64,000 bases of DNA from Octopus vulgaris. Taxonomy: Eukaryota. Position 1 is the first letter of the stretch. Each line of letters starts with the position of its first letter. This document shows, one piece after another, positions 51,602 to 64,000 of the stretch. The notes under the pieces were generated by a model. That model saw only the letters and a list, made by a program, of their open reading frames with translations. It was not told where the DNA came from and ran no database searches. The stretch covers positions 75,082,001 through 75,146,000 of the forward strand of contig OX597830.1 in assembly GCA_951406725.2 (NCBI GenBank), read 5' to 3'. The position numbers and the translations under genes are program-made.

Positions 51602-54600
51602 TTACCTGGTGCCAAACATACCCATCTTGTATGCCACAGGCTTCCATCTTTTCACAAACATATCTCGTGACAGACACCTCTTCTCCAGCCTGATTTTGCT
51701 ACTGAGGTGATAACTAAAAAAGTTAATCAACCCCTGGCCGGAGACAAAGGTGCCTGTCACTATACCTTTCGTACGCGTCTTCCATACTGTTTCTTTCAGT
51801 ATGGCTACTACACAGAAAAAACAAGCCTTTCTTTCCCTGTTAAGGAAAGGGGGCGGCACAATCTCGATGATAGACTCAGCTGATAGCTGTACTCTTCCCA
51901 TCACTGACAACAGTTGTTCAACAAAAGCTATCAGTCCCGATAACTCCGGACACTCCACGAATGCGTGCAAGACGGTCTCCCTATCCTGCTCACATCGCGG
52001 GCATGTCGGCGAGACGGCACTACCGTGCCTTGACAGCTTGTCGCGAACAGGTAAAGCCGCACGGAAACACTGCCAGGCCAGGGATTTCTGGTAATTATCC
52101 AGATACCCCGGCCCGAACGTCCTCCGGAACAGGTTGACCAACTGATTTTCATCGTAGCCCAGGGTCTCCCCAAGGCGTCTTCGGACTTAATCTCCACTAA
52201 CCCGCTATAGAAATCCGTGGTGGAACTCCTGTTGCCGGCGTTGCCCACCCGAGATAGTAGCTGGAGCGCCTGACGGCACTCCAAATGCCATTCACTCAGT
52301 TTAGGTCTCCGCTTGATCCATGCACCGTTAGGGATGTTAACTGGGGAAGGTAGAACCGGACGTGCGGTGACCACACCTGCTCTCCATCCAGGTAAAGCCA
52401 GAGGTGCCTCAACCTTAACGCGAGTTTTCGCATCCTCAGCCAAGGCATCCCTAGCCCACCCTTTAGCGGTTTCTGGCAGCAGACAGAGCGCTTTACAAGT
52501 GGCTTTCCTCCTTTCCACAAAAATCGGAAAAGGATTCTCTCCAACTTGTTCAGCCACAAATCGGGGCAAGGCACCACGGTCAGACGGTAGGTGATTACTG
52601 ATGCTATAAACATCTGCACCACCTCCGCCTTCCCTAGCAGGGATAACGCCCGCCCAGACCAGGTCTGGGTTAGAGCGGTCACCTTGTTGGCCACCTCACT
52701 CCAATTTTTCTCAATCTGGAGGTCTGGCCCGAACCAGACTCCGAGCAGCTTAACAGGACCTTCCGTCCAACGCCCTACGACGTTATTGGACGGCATCGGC
52801 TTGCCCCTCCAGGTGCCGAGTTGCAAACCGACCGACTTGTCCTTGTTAACCTTTGCTCCTGCCACCGCCTCGTAGCATTTGATGGCCTCTTCCACCACTG
52901 GAAGCTGTCACCCGCATACGCCGTAGCTCCTCTTCCACACCATAGATCATGCGGCGCGCCCCCTAGTGCCTCCAACTTCCGCAGCAAAGGCTCAAGAGCC
53001 AATACGTATAGGAGCGAGGACAGGGGACACCCTTGACGAACTGAACGCTCGATCCTGAACGGCTTCGAAAAGGAACCGTTCACCTTGACTACAGACTCGA
53101 TGTCGCTATACAAAGCAGCGATCCAACCTCGAAAGGTCGGGCCTAGGCCAGCCTCTCCGAGGACCGCCGCCAGGTACCGATGGTCGACCCTATCAAATGC
53201 TTTGGACTGGTCTAAATGTACCAGTGCTCCCCCTACGCCAGAAAGCTTCCCCACCCTCTCTAAGGAGTAGCGTATAAGGTGGAGATTGTCGTGGATCGTT
53301 CTGCCGGGGATAGCGCAAGTTTGTCCACGACCCGCGCCAACCTTTTTGCTAGCACCTTGGCCAGAATCTTTAACTCTGTGTTTAACAGAGTTATGGGCGT
53401 GAAGTTCCCTATCTCGTCCCCCTTGTTCGGGTCCTTCCTGATCAACGTCACCGCCCCCCGGCTCGCAGACTTGGGAATTCTCCCATTCTGCTGCCAGTTG
53501 GCGTAGACGCTAGCCAGCAGGTGCCCGAACAAGTCTGGCATACTTCTATAAAATTCATAGGGCAGACCATCGAGACCCGGCGACTTCTCCGCGGGGCACT
53601 TGCCCAACACCTCGATTACTTCCTCGGCTGTGATTGGCCCTACACAGCACTCAGCCTCTCGTGTCGAGAGGCGCGGGCCACCAGACAGGAAGTCCCTAAG
53701 GGCCTCACCATGATCCAGCGTCCCGCACCTCCCGAACAACTCGGCGAAGTGCTTGTGAAGTGCCTCACACATCTCGTCCCGCTTCTTGATCGTGCATCCG
53801 TTTTCATCAACAAGAGACCCAATTGTGGCATCGTTTCCACGCTGTGTTTCTATCGTACGGGCCCATCCGGCAACATTAATTCCCTCACGGCCCAATGCTC
53901 GTACTTTAGCCCGGACTCTACATCCCTCATGTTTGGTTTTGAGGTGACGGTCTAATGCCGTTCTCGCCGCTAAAATGTGAGATGCAGAGCCCAACCTCAA
54001 CGCCTCCTCTAAGTTCTTAACTAGTTGCCCTTCTATTCTAGCCCTATCTAGTCTTAGTTGTTTACTAAATCTAATGGACTCGAATCGAATGGCTCTTTTG
54101 GGGTGAACCACCACCGGTTATTAACCACGGCTCCGGTTAACGCCCTCTGCACTAACACCTTAATCCGGCTACGGTATGCCTCGCGTGTCAAAATAGACTT
54201 GTTCAGCTTCCAGTAGCCGGTTCCTATCTTAAGTGTGCTATCTATGTCCAGTCTACACGTGACCATTCTATGGTCAGTATAGGGCACCTGGACGAGCTGT
54301 GGACAACTAAAACTAGACTTATCTCTAGTTCTTATCACTATCCTGTCTAGATAAGACTTGAACCTTCCGTCGCCACTCATCCAGGTCCACTCTGGGACGT
54401 TCGGATGGTCAAGTCTGTAACGATCTGCCAGCTGAAACCGCTTAAGCAGATCCACGAGACGTGAGTTCACTTTCCTATAGATCGAGCCAACGCTATCGAT
54501 GTGTACGTCAACGATAGCATTAAAGTCCCCTAATATCACTAAAGTCTTCGACGTCACGAGAAAGCCCTCTAGGCGCCGATAAAAATCAGTTTGGAAACCT

Positions 54601-54947
54601 CTAGCACAAGGTGCATAGAGTCCGATCAACCTGAAGGCCTTACTGCTGTATGTCACATCAAGGACGACCAGTCCACCTTCTGGGTCTACATAGATTGTAC
54701 TTGTCTGTAGAGCCAAGTCTTTACGGATCAGTACCACTACGCCCCCTCGCCCTCCGGTCTGGCCAGGAGACATGATTTTCTCGTAGCCATTCAGGAGAGG
54801 CGAGAAGGTTTGTAGGCTGTCCAGCTTGGTCTCTGTAGCAACCATCACATGTATATCATGTGATCTGAGGTCGTCGAGGAAACAAGCCTGCTTCCACTTC
54901 GAACTCAGACCACGCACATTTAAACAACCAAGGTTAAGCGAAGCCAT
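51602..54947 (-). pseudogene. Tx1-like ORF2 (APE endonuclease, reverse transcriptase, C-terminal CCHC), about five frameshifts
   Basis: MASLNLGCLNVRGL, GDFNA, YLDRIV, TDHRMV, GYWKLN (APE); KSPGLDGLPYEFY, PITLLNTELKILAK, LDQSKAFDRVDH, VRQGCPLS (RT); AYA truncated before DD; CPRCEQDRETVLHAFVEC. Confidence 0.93.
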
Positions 54948-54964
54948 TACAAAAAGTAAAAGTT

Positions 54965-56391
54965 CTACTTACATTTCGTTGGAGAGGTGGGGGCCGATCT
55001 CACCACACGTTTGTGGGCCCCTTCTTTCTCCTCTTTCTTCAGATAGTCCGGCAAGTTCGCGATATGCCGGATGGCGTTTGGGTGTCTGTCTTTTAATTGT
55101 TTGAACGTTGTTTCCGCAATCCACGCGTGTCTATTTCGATCTTTGTATTTGTTGTACAGTCTTGCTGACTGATGCTGAACCACAATATCGTTTATGTATT
55201 TGTCTTGTGTGTCGAATTCAATTAATATGAGTTCATTTTCTTTTTTGTCTTCTTTTTCTGGGCCAGTTGAGCGGGATTTTTTTTTCCGTGTCTGTGGTGT
55301 GTTTTTGTTTTTATTATTTTTTGTAGGGGATGTGGACGGGGATGCTGCACGAATTCTTTTACGAACTGGTGTAAATCCCCCCTCTGATACCTCCATGGTA
55401 TCGTCTGGGGTAGCAATAGTTTGTTCGGTAGGCGCCGCAGATTTTAGGGGGGTGGGAGGTTTTAATAGTGTAGGGGTTTGTGAGTGCGAGGGCTGGGGTT
55501 TTTCTTCAGTCTGTTTTGGGGTTGGCACCGTAACAGCAGGAGTGGGATTTTTTGTTTTTGTAGGGGTATGTGTGTTTGCAAGGGTAGGGACTTTTTTATT
55601 ATCTGAGGGGCCTGGTGTCTGCGGTTTCTTTTGCTTGTCTGGACAGTCTACACGAATGTGGCCCTTTTTGCCGCAGGCGTAACAGGTGGGTTTTCGGCCT
55701 TCGACCTGTACCCTGAGGGCTACGTTCTCGCCCACGAGCACCCTCTCAGGAAGGAGCTGCAGGTCCTCCGCTGTTCCTTGAATTAATATATTAATGTTAC
55801 GCCCGAGCCAAAATAGAGGGGCAGAGCATGTTACTTGTAGTATTTTTATTTTGTCCGCCCTTTTATATAACAGGGCGGCCACTACCTCTACCGGATCTAC
55901 TTCCGGCGGGGCTTCTACAATCCTGACCCGGGACGTCCTGCGTCTCCTATAGCTTGGGAAAAGTACCACCTCCTTGGTTTTTAGGGGGTTCACAGAATGC
56001 CCGCGGGCCATTTCTTCCCCGAGAAGCGGACATCCACAGTGCCATATGCCCGTCCCCTGGCGAAGTACACGATGTCCTTCCAAATCGGGGACAGGCATTT
56101 CTCGATGGTGCTTTTTTCAAAGTGTTTGAACCTTCTGCTTTGTGGACAGAAAGTTTTAAACACTACGGTCCGCTTCTCGGTCTCCACGATACTGGCGGAG
56201 GGTGATATTTTAACATCACCACCCTCCTCTTGTATTCTTTTAAATAGCTCGACGAGCTGGTTGACATCGATGTCAATGTTCTCGGTAGCCAATGCGGCTA
56301 CCGCAGAAAATTTTTTAACATTGCTCTCCTCAAGAGCACTACTTTCGTGAATAATTTCAACAGACATTATTCTGTTGAAATTAGACAACAC
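54965..56391 (-). pseudogene. Tx1-like ORF1 (gag-like, zinc knuckle), one frameshift near 55990
   Basis: ORFs 55990-56391 and 54965-56098 overlap in different frames; CYACGKKGHIRVDC knuckle, then a Pro/Thr/Lys-rich linker; ends 17 nt before the ORF2 ATG. Confidence 0.85.
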
Positions 56392-56756
56392 AAAAATTAC
56401 GAGTATTGGTTTCCCACAAAACTGGGAAACCTATAGAAAGTTTTTCTTCCAAAGTAGTTCAAAAAAGCAGTTCAAAAATTCCAATTCCCACCCCCATTCG
56501 GGGGAGGGGCACGAAAATAGTCTGGCAGGACTATATATAGTCACGTAAATAAAAAGCCACAGTGGCTAACAGTTCAACGGTAAGAAATTATTCAATTATT
56601 TCCCGGTAAATCCGGAGAACAAGACAGTTCAGCAACGTTTAAAGGCAAATTTTCAGTAGTAGGAATTCAACAATTAACAACACAGCAAAACTCTTACCGG
56701 GAAGAAAACGCGTCCAAACCGTAGTACGGTAAGCAAAGTCACTCTTCTGTCAGTGA

Positions 56757-56795
56757 GGTTAGCAAGCTACTTACCACACAGCCACTCCTGCGCCT
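56757..56795 (-). mobile_element. SINE family B head (5' of the Tx1 insertion)
   Basis: Minus strand aggcgcaggagtggctgtgtggtaagtagcttgctaacc, matching the head at 4950. Confidence 0.92.
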
Positions 56796-56804
56796 AAAAT
56801 ATTG

Positions 56805-56894
56805 TGCCCCAGGTGAGGATCGAACTCACACCCTTCAGAGTCGTCTGACTTTATTCTTGATTATGAGACTGACGCGCTGCCTAATGCGCTACCG
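56805..56894 (-). pseudogene. Elongator tRNA-Met(CAT) pseudogene with 21-nt insert at canonical intron position 37/38, lacking first ~4 nt
   Basis: Minus strand cggTAGCGCATTAGGCAGCGCGTCAGT-CT-CAT-A[atcaagaataaagtcagacga]CTCTGAAGGGTGTGAGTTCGATCCTCACCTGGGGCA followed by caatatttt; 5' acceptor bases replaced by TATA. Confidence 0.85.
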
Positions 56895-58065
56895 TATATA
56901 TTTGTATGTACGTATTAATAAACACAGTATATATTTTTATGAGCTGCTAATAATTTCATGCGATAGAAACATCCCAGACAGCATTTTGAACACGCCTGGT
57001 GCCATCACTCAATACTCAGGCTATGCCCACATGGCAAAAGAAAATAAAACTGGATGATAGGATGAGAAAAAATCGCGAAGAGGCGAAAACGGATTAGATG
57101 TGAAACGTGGAAGGTTGAAAATCGGTAAACGAAAACGAAAAGAGAAAAGAGAAAGAGGAGGAAATAGAGTTATGCCCCTTTTCATCGTAAGGTCATAAGG
57201 CTGAATGGATAGTGCCCTACAATCTGTGTTACAGCTGCTCAATCTAGAGTGGGTGGTATTTTCCACCAGAAACTTATCCATATATTTACAACCGCTGAAA
57301 ATTTCAGATCTAGAATTCAGTAGAGAGGTGGAGGGCTTAGATCTGAGAAGTATTTGTGCGTTTCAGCAACGAATAGCGTCAATTTGTTTTATCTGTTGAT
57401 ATATATTGAAGACGTTTCAACTATTTTCTACTTTATTGAATGTGGTGTGTCGTTAGACTTCAAACCCTCATACGTGGCTTTACTTTTCACCCTGTGTCAG
57501 AAAGAAGATATGTAGTTAGCATAACGATTTTTGAGATCGCATTCATTTAGCCTAATGTAGCTCTTCTTTTCGGTTACGTTATCAGCTTGCATTGCTGTTA
57601 AAAAATGTAGTCTGGGATGTTTTCATCGCACGAAACCATAAACAACACTTAGAAATATAAAATGACTTGGAAGAACAACTTGACATTTTTTATCTGCAAC
57701 AAAAAAAAATAATATCAAATAGTCCTTGTGGAATTCTTCTGTAGTGTAGACTGTAATTGCAACGACATTAAGGAGCTTTTTGCAAGGTTGTTATGCATGG
57801 AAATGCAAATCATCATGTAAAAAATTCCTCTCTCTTCTTACTCTGTTGCTGAGCAATTAATTGGCAATGATGGGAAGAAAAGTAAAAGGGAAAAAAGTTC
57901 GATGAATGCTTTTTAAAATATGAATTATTTTTTATTCTGTAAGGATTGTCAAACTTTGTAAAATATTTAATTTAGCATAATTTATTTGTTTTGCCTTATA
58001 CCATACTGATGAATTCAAATAAGGATGAAATAGCGCTTTACATAGCTACCAATGACTAGAAATAT

Positions 58066-58475
58066 TGGTTTCAAATTTTGACACTAGGCCAGCAGTTTTA
58101 GGGAAGAGGCCAGGTAAAATAAATCAACCCATGCTGAAATAATACATATTTTATCGACCCTGAAATTCAACCTTGGCAGATTTTGAACTGAGAACGTAGC
58201 GACGAATGACAGACCACTAAACATCTTGCCAAACGTGCTAACGATTCTTATTTCTTTATTGCCCACATGGGGTTAAACATAGAGGGGACAAACAAGGACA
58301 GACAAATGTATTAAGTCGATGATATCGACCCCAGTGCGTAACTGGTACTTATTTAATCGACCCCAAAAGGATGAAAGGCAAAGTCGACCTCGGCGGAATT
58401 TGAATTCAGAACGTAACGGCAGACGAAATACGGCTACGCATTTCGCCCGGCGTGCTAACGATTCTGCCAGCTCAC
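58066..58475 (-). mobile_element. Young SINE-A joined to the A-box region of an older A' copy
   Basis: Junction cgtgctaacgattct|tatttctttattgccc at ~58248. Confidence 0.85.
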
Positions 58476-58649
58476 AAGCTTAACAACTAGAAATATTAAG
58501 ATGATTATAATATGAAAGAAAAACAAATTCAATGTAGATATTCTCTGCACTTCTTTTTTATTCATTTATTTAAAAGTCAAACGACTAATCAAGCCCTAAC
58601 TTAATGTAGAAGGTTTCTGTCTTCCCTACGATACCATGAATATAAACTT

Positions 58650-59826
58650 TGCATCATCTATTATTTTTGTAGTCATGCAGTGGTTATTTTATTATAATTT
58701 TCAAATTGAAAAAAATTACGAGGTTTTAATCGTAATAGATAAAATATCGCTACAATATTCTCTGCTAGGTATTGCAAATAATCTCATTATTTTATTATTT
58801 GCCAGTCTAGTCGTATTAATTAAATTATTTTTTAGTTGAGACCATTGTTACTAAAAGTTATTGCTGTAATTTCTACAGTACTGATAAATATTATCACAGA
58901 TTTAATCAATTCAGATTTGTATTACATGTTAATCTGTAATATTCCTTTCAAAACTATTTTTCCCAGTCGTATATGTTAGTCATTGCTTCCTAAGTATGTG
59001 TAATTCTGCGTTCGTTGTATTTTTCTTATCTTTTTTTCTTTATCATTATATTAGTGTCCCTCCACTCTACAAAAATTGCTTCGGCACATTTCCCAAATCA
59101 GAATGTCAAATGAATTTCCTGGATAAATTTATGCACTATCTGAAGTAGTGTTTCTGGTTGTTTATCGTCTGCAGCAAATATGTTGTGATAGTCTTTATAG
59201 ACCGGACGGTGGTTGGTTTTATTTCCATATCATTTACACCTGAATCCATTTTGGTTGAACATGATGATTAAAGATGTTAACGTTGGGTAGAATTTGACTT
59301 AAAAGAGAGGGAGAGAGAGGAAAACCCATTAGAATATTATTTTTCTAATAGACATGATGTTAATTTCATAATTCTATTAAATGCTTGTATTTGAATTTTA
59401 AACGTTTATCAATGAGTTAATGTGGCGCTTATTTGCTAACTCAATCATGCTAATATTTCCAAGATACTCGTATGATGATGCTTGGCATTAATATATATCC
59501 GGCAATAAAATTGCAGCTAAGAGGATCTAAGCTCTATGCAACCATGTTGTAGGTCAGTAGTTTTCAGTATTTGCTATTTACTTAGCACTGAGGCTTAAGT
59601 AAGCAATTTACGTGTTGTTTTTACATATTTCAGTCATTTTATTAAATAATTTTTTATAGTATTTTCAACGTGATACATGCATACTTACAAACATACATAC
59701 ATGCATGCATACAAGCGCACACGCACAAACAGACACAGTTACACAGACACAGTTACACAGATACACACGCATACACACACAAACTCACTCTCTCTCTCTC
59801 TTTCTTTCTCTCTCTTTCTCTTTCTT

Positions 59827-59858
<32 letters not shown>

Positions 59859-60600
59859 ACATATATAGGAAAATAATGTCATTCTGAAAGGCAACAGAAA
59901 TGTTATTATTTCCTGGTGATTTTTCTGCAATTTCATTTTCTGTTGCGTTCGCACTGCTTCTTGAGGTAAAATAGTTTCTCCGATTTCTCAGAGACTACAA
60001 TTTATTCTTTGAACATTCTCATTCTTGGCAATATCTCCGGTGTCCATACTGCTGCCTGGAAATCTTGTACAGCTGTTGCTGTTGACGCTGAAATGATTTC
60101 TGCTTTATTTTTTTACCCAGTTCTTGATAAATCGGTTTGGGTTGAAGTCGAGCTGTTTGTTTTGTTCAAAAGAATCATCGCCTCTTTTCATAAAGACGTT
60201 TTCTTTGCGATTTTGTAAAGGATTCCTGGTTTCGTGCATTCTTTGATTATTTTGAAAACTTTTCTCTTTTTGTTATGCTATATTTCTCTAGCATTTGTCT
60301 CTAACGTTTTTTGTGCCTTTTCCTTATTGATTTCATTGCAGATTAAGAGACCTTTCATTTTCCTTTATTATTTTTTCGTCTGTTTGTTCTCCACAAAGCA
60401 TTTTCACATTGCTATGTCATTTCTGTAAACAACTACACTGGATGCCTGACGGTATTGCTCTTCGCATCTGTTTTTATTCAATCATCATTGACCATATTCG
60501 TGCATTTAGTCTTTTATCATACTTATGCTTTAGAATATTGGTTTTACTCTTCAGATATATTTTCCTTGTTCCACAGGAGTAATTTCCGTTGATTTTAATT
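58650..60600 (-). mobile_element. Old, heavily decayed R4/Dong-type LINE (pre-RT and RT region), interrupted by (CA)/(CT) microsatellite at ~59690-59860
   Basis: Minus strand QNKQLDFNPNRF and AVQDFQAAVW (pre-RT motifs); TNH..VYKDYHNIFAADDKQPETLLQIVHKF...GKCAEAIF and YTYLG align with the RT text of the 31309 copy. Confidence 0.6.
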
Positions 60601-60978
60601 TTTGGAAATTTCCACGAGTTATTTCAATATTCGAAATGTCAAAATTTAACATTTAATATGAATGAATTTTTATCACATACCGATTTAATCATTACTTAAT
60701 TCGTATTACTTTGGTTCAAATTATGGAACTCAAAATTCTTTTGAAATTGTTTCAGGTGTGTGTTTGCGGTAATTACTTCTTTTTCCTTGCATTCCATTAT
60801 TTTCTGTATGTTTTTTAAAAAATTATTTTGGCTTGTATTTTAATATTCCTACATAACATTCCTTTTTCGTAAATTCTTCAATTGCAGCTTTTTACCGTTA
60901 ATCTACGGCGATCCAAAGTTATTTCTAGATTATGAAACATGCTCTCCCAAAAACTTTGCTCAATTATTATTATGATTA

Positions 60979-61182
60979 TTATTACCTCCGCCGAGGAAGG
61001 AGGTTATGTTTTCATCGGCGTTGGTTTCTCTGTATGTCCCTCTGTGTGCAAAATAACTCAAAAAGTTGCAAACGGTATTCAATGAAACTTGCACGAAAAG
61101 TTGGTAATGACACAAGAAACAGATTTTAAAATTTGTGTAGTGATCTGGGAATTTTTATGGGTTCTTGAAGGATTTTTCATTT
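60979..61182 (+). mobile_element. Helentron-associated non-autonomous element (HINE/DINE-1-like), 5' part
   Basis: ttattacctccgccgaggaaggaggttatgttttcatcggcgttgg...ataactcaaaaagtt...atgaaacttg: short hairpin start and core recognised from memory of this repeat class; 3' end not found. Confidence 0.65.
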
Positions 61183-61195
61183 GTTATATTTACTT

Positions 61196-61272
<77 letters not shown>

Positions 61273-63121
61273 CCTCCACTGTGTTGTAGTTGTTTTCTGT
61301 CTTAGTTTATTTCTGCTAAAAGAGTGGCAGCATAATAGAATTATCCTGTCTGTTGAAAATCTGTATTTTTGCTACTGTAGATGGTGCTGTATTTCAAATT
61401 GATCTCATGATTGCATTGTTCGATAAATGGAGCCGCCTGAAACGGCCGTAATGCTCTAATGCCTTGACATCCTTGTTACTTATTTGATTTTTATTCATTT
61501 TACTTCGAGCTGTGCGGATAATACATTAGCTTATCCGTATTTCATCTTATATTTTTCTAATCATCATCAGTCTGACTGACTTGGTGCCTCAACTTAAGTA
61601 CCTAATTCAACTGAATCTTAATTATTTGCTAATATATATGTAAATTTGATTGTTATGGAAAAGGAGACAGAATCGTCTTAAAAGTCTGTCTTGTTATTGT
61701 TATTTATTTTGATTTTATAGCAGTGAGGTGGTGAAATTGTTAGCGCAGCGTACAAAATGCACACATATTTGAAATATGATATCAAAATATTATGTACGTT
61801 TGTAAAGACGTTAATGTTTATTGTAGACTACAAACAAATAAATATTTAGTAAATGGAAATACACAAATATTCAGCATGCGAATGATGGAATTTTATCTGG
61901 TTGCTAAAAAAATAATTCTCCCGTCATTTAAGCCTCATTCTCTACAAAAGAAAGTGTCTGAGTTAGTGAGTGAGTGTGTGAGTGGAGTGTGTGTGTGAGA
62001 GATAGATTTACATTTAGCAATGTTATCTTAGATAATCACTCGAGTTCCCTCCACCTGTGCCTAGCTAGACTGATGATATCACTGAATATTTGTGTATGTT
62101 TAGTACTCATTGCAGCACTCGCTTTTCCTCTTTCACCTATGTAGCTACTACACCAAATAACTGCAAGTTTATCCAGTATCACAGCAAAATATTTTAATTA
62201 CACTTTGAGGAATTTTTCTTCTATCAAACTCAAGATATATAATGCCAACTGTTTTATTTTCACTTAGAAAATTCTATGTAGTTATGTCAAGGAAAATGTC
62301 AAAATGTTCACAAATGGTGTCTGAACTGAAGTTTACCGGGTTGAATTATTTAAAAAAGAAAAGTATCACCTAAATACTTATTGCAGGAAAATACTTCTAT
62401 TTTATTTCTCCTGCTGTTATTTTCATTGATTACACAGTACACCATTGATAAAATGCTTCTAATTGAGTTTTAATCGTTCAGAAAGTGTCCGTTATCACCG
62501 ACTGTCCAAGTTGATAGATGTTCATTGGAACGAAATACATTTCTTTGTAAGTTCTAGCTCAAGTTTCCGGCTGTAGATACGTCACAAGTTCCTTTCTAGA
62601 TCAGGTTTCTCCCTTGAAGACATCATATTAAATAAAGGTAGTAAAATGCTTAAGCAGTGAAATACTTACAATAAAACTTGGAGCATCATACAGTTCCAAT
62701 ATAGAAACATGGCGACAAATATCAAAACAGAATAATGAAGTAAATTTTAACGAGAACGCTCAGTACGAAATAAAAAAAGCTCTTGTTAGAAAAGGAATTT
62801 AGAGCCGAAATTAATCACGTGTCTTATATTAAAAATATCTTAAATAATTCTAACGAAATTATTTTCTTGATTTTTCAGTCAATCAATTTGTTTAATTAAA
62901 TTTACATTAGCTTATTAGTATTTCATCTTATATTTTTCTAATCATCATCAGTCATCATTCATTATTCATTGTCAACTATAGCAGCAACAACCAGTGATGC
63001 AGACCAACGTGAAAGTGGGCACACAATCGTAGTATTAACAAAAATACTTGGTAACAATACTCCAACGCTATACCTTAGAATATTAATATTAATACTAATA
63101 CTACTGCTAATAAGAATAAGA

Positions 63122-63224
<103 letters not shown>

Positions 63225-63451
63225 TAAGAAACATTAACAAAGTAAGTTAGGAACTATATGAATAAATAAGTAAATAAATAACGAAATACATATATGAATA
63301 TAAAAAAATATAAAATAAAAAATAATTATATTTTCAGAGAACAATGTTATCAGGAGTGTTTTCAAGTGAAAGAAAACAATGTTTTGAAATGAAGAGGCAA
63401 AGAAGAAAACTTATATACATATACATACATACATACATGCATACATATACG

Positions 63452-63483
<32 letters not shown>

Positions 63484-63488
63484 CATGA

Positions 63489-63525
<37 letters not shown>

Positions 63526-63540
63526 TGTATGTATATATAC

Positions 63541-63576
<36 letters not shown>

Positions 63577-64000
63577 TCCGATATATACTAACTACACACA
63601 AACACACACATACACACTTATATGTGTATATACTGATGAAATAGCAAACACAAAATGAACCACGTCGACGACAACAATAACTAGAACGACAGCAACAACA
63701 ATAACGAAGAGAACAAAGGAAAGAGAAGCAAGAGCTATGACAAAGCACTTTTGAGCATGAAAACTTCTGAAAAAATACATACAACAAAAAGTTATCTACA
63801 ATAAACTTATCTCAAAAATACGAAAAAAAAAAGTCCTTAAAGTATAATATATAATAAATATAGATAAAAATAATATAAGAAATGAATTGAAAAAGGAATT
63901 TTGATCAATAGATTGATAAACCGAAGAAGAATCAAATAAATTATCCAAAAAGGGCAAGGGTAACAAAGAACGTCGACATAAACACATCAACGAAGTTATA

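Larger units (their letters stand above)
51374..56756 (-). mobile_element. Full-length L1/Tx1-clade non-LTR retrotransposon (inactivated)
   Basis: 5' UTR, ORF1 with CCHC, ORF2 APE-RT-CCHC, 3' UTR ending tatgaaata; perfect 16-bp TSD ggttagcaagctactt at 51358-51373 and 56757-56772. Confidence 0.95.

Noticed and set aside
51750-56350. Plus-strand ORFs within the Tx1 element
   Set aside because: Antisense shadows of the GC-richer LINE coding sequence with no recognisable motifs.
56805-56898. Functional tRNA-Met gene
   Set aside because: First four acceptor-stem bases cannot pair with the 3' strand; extra changes in the D loop, position 38 and variable region.
62665-62716. Minus-strand gtcgccATG...MFLYWNCMMLQVL followed by gtaagt, a possible first exon
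   Set aside because: The nearest acceptor leads to a stop within about 10 codons; no supporting downstream exon found.

Overview
AT-rich eukaryotic non-coding DNA, most likely a cephalopod (Octopus-type) intron or intergenic region; the taxon is inferred from the SINE repertoire and extreme microsatellite load. No host protein-coding gene can be supported, and nearly all ORFs in the track are microsatellite translations. The real content is retroelements. There is one full-length but frameshifted L1/Tx1-clade LINE (51374-56756, minus strand, 16-bp TSD) inserted into a SINE head. Also present are four decayed R4/Dong-type RLE LINE fragments, a CR1/L2-group 3' end, an RTE remnant, dozens of tRNA-derived SINE copies from three modular families (called A, B and C here), MITE and HINE remnants, Penelope-type hammerhead ribozyme motifs, a 5S rRNA pseudogene and an intron-containing tRNA-Met pseudogene. 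Four signals stand out. (1) Both Pol III pseudogenes are fused through their TTTT trailer to the 5' end of a SINE, and the 5S-SINE unit sits inside one TSD, suggesting chimeric retrocopies. (2) SINE-A shares its 3' tail with the Tx1 LINE and SINE-B with the CR1-like LINE. (3) A SINE-A subfamily repeatedly joins at a GGTATTT site present in its own head, building tandem arrays. (4) An ~85-bp-arm hairpin encodes a minimal hammerhead ribozyme on each strand. Family names are from motif recognition only; no database search was run.
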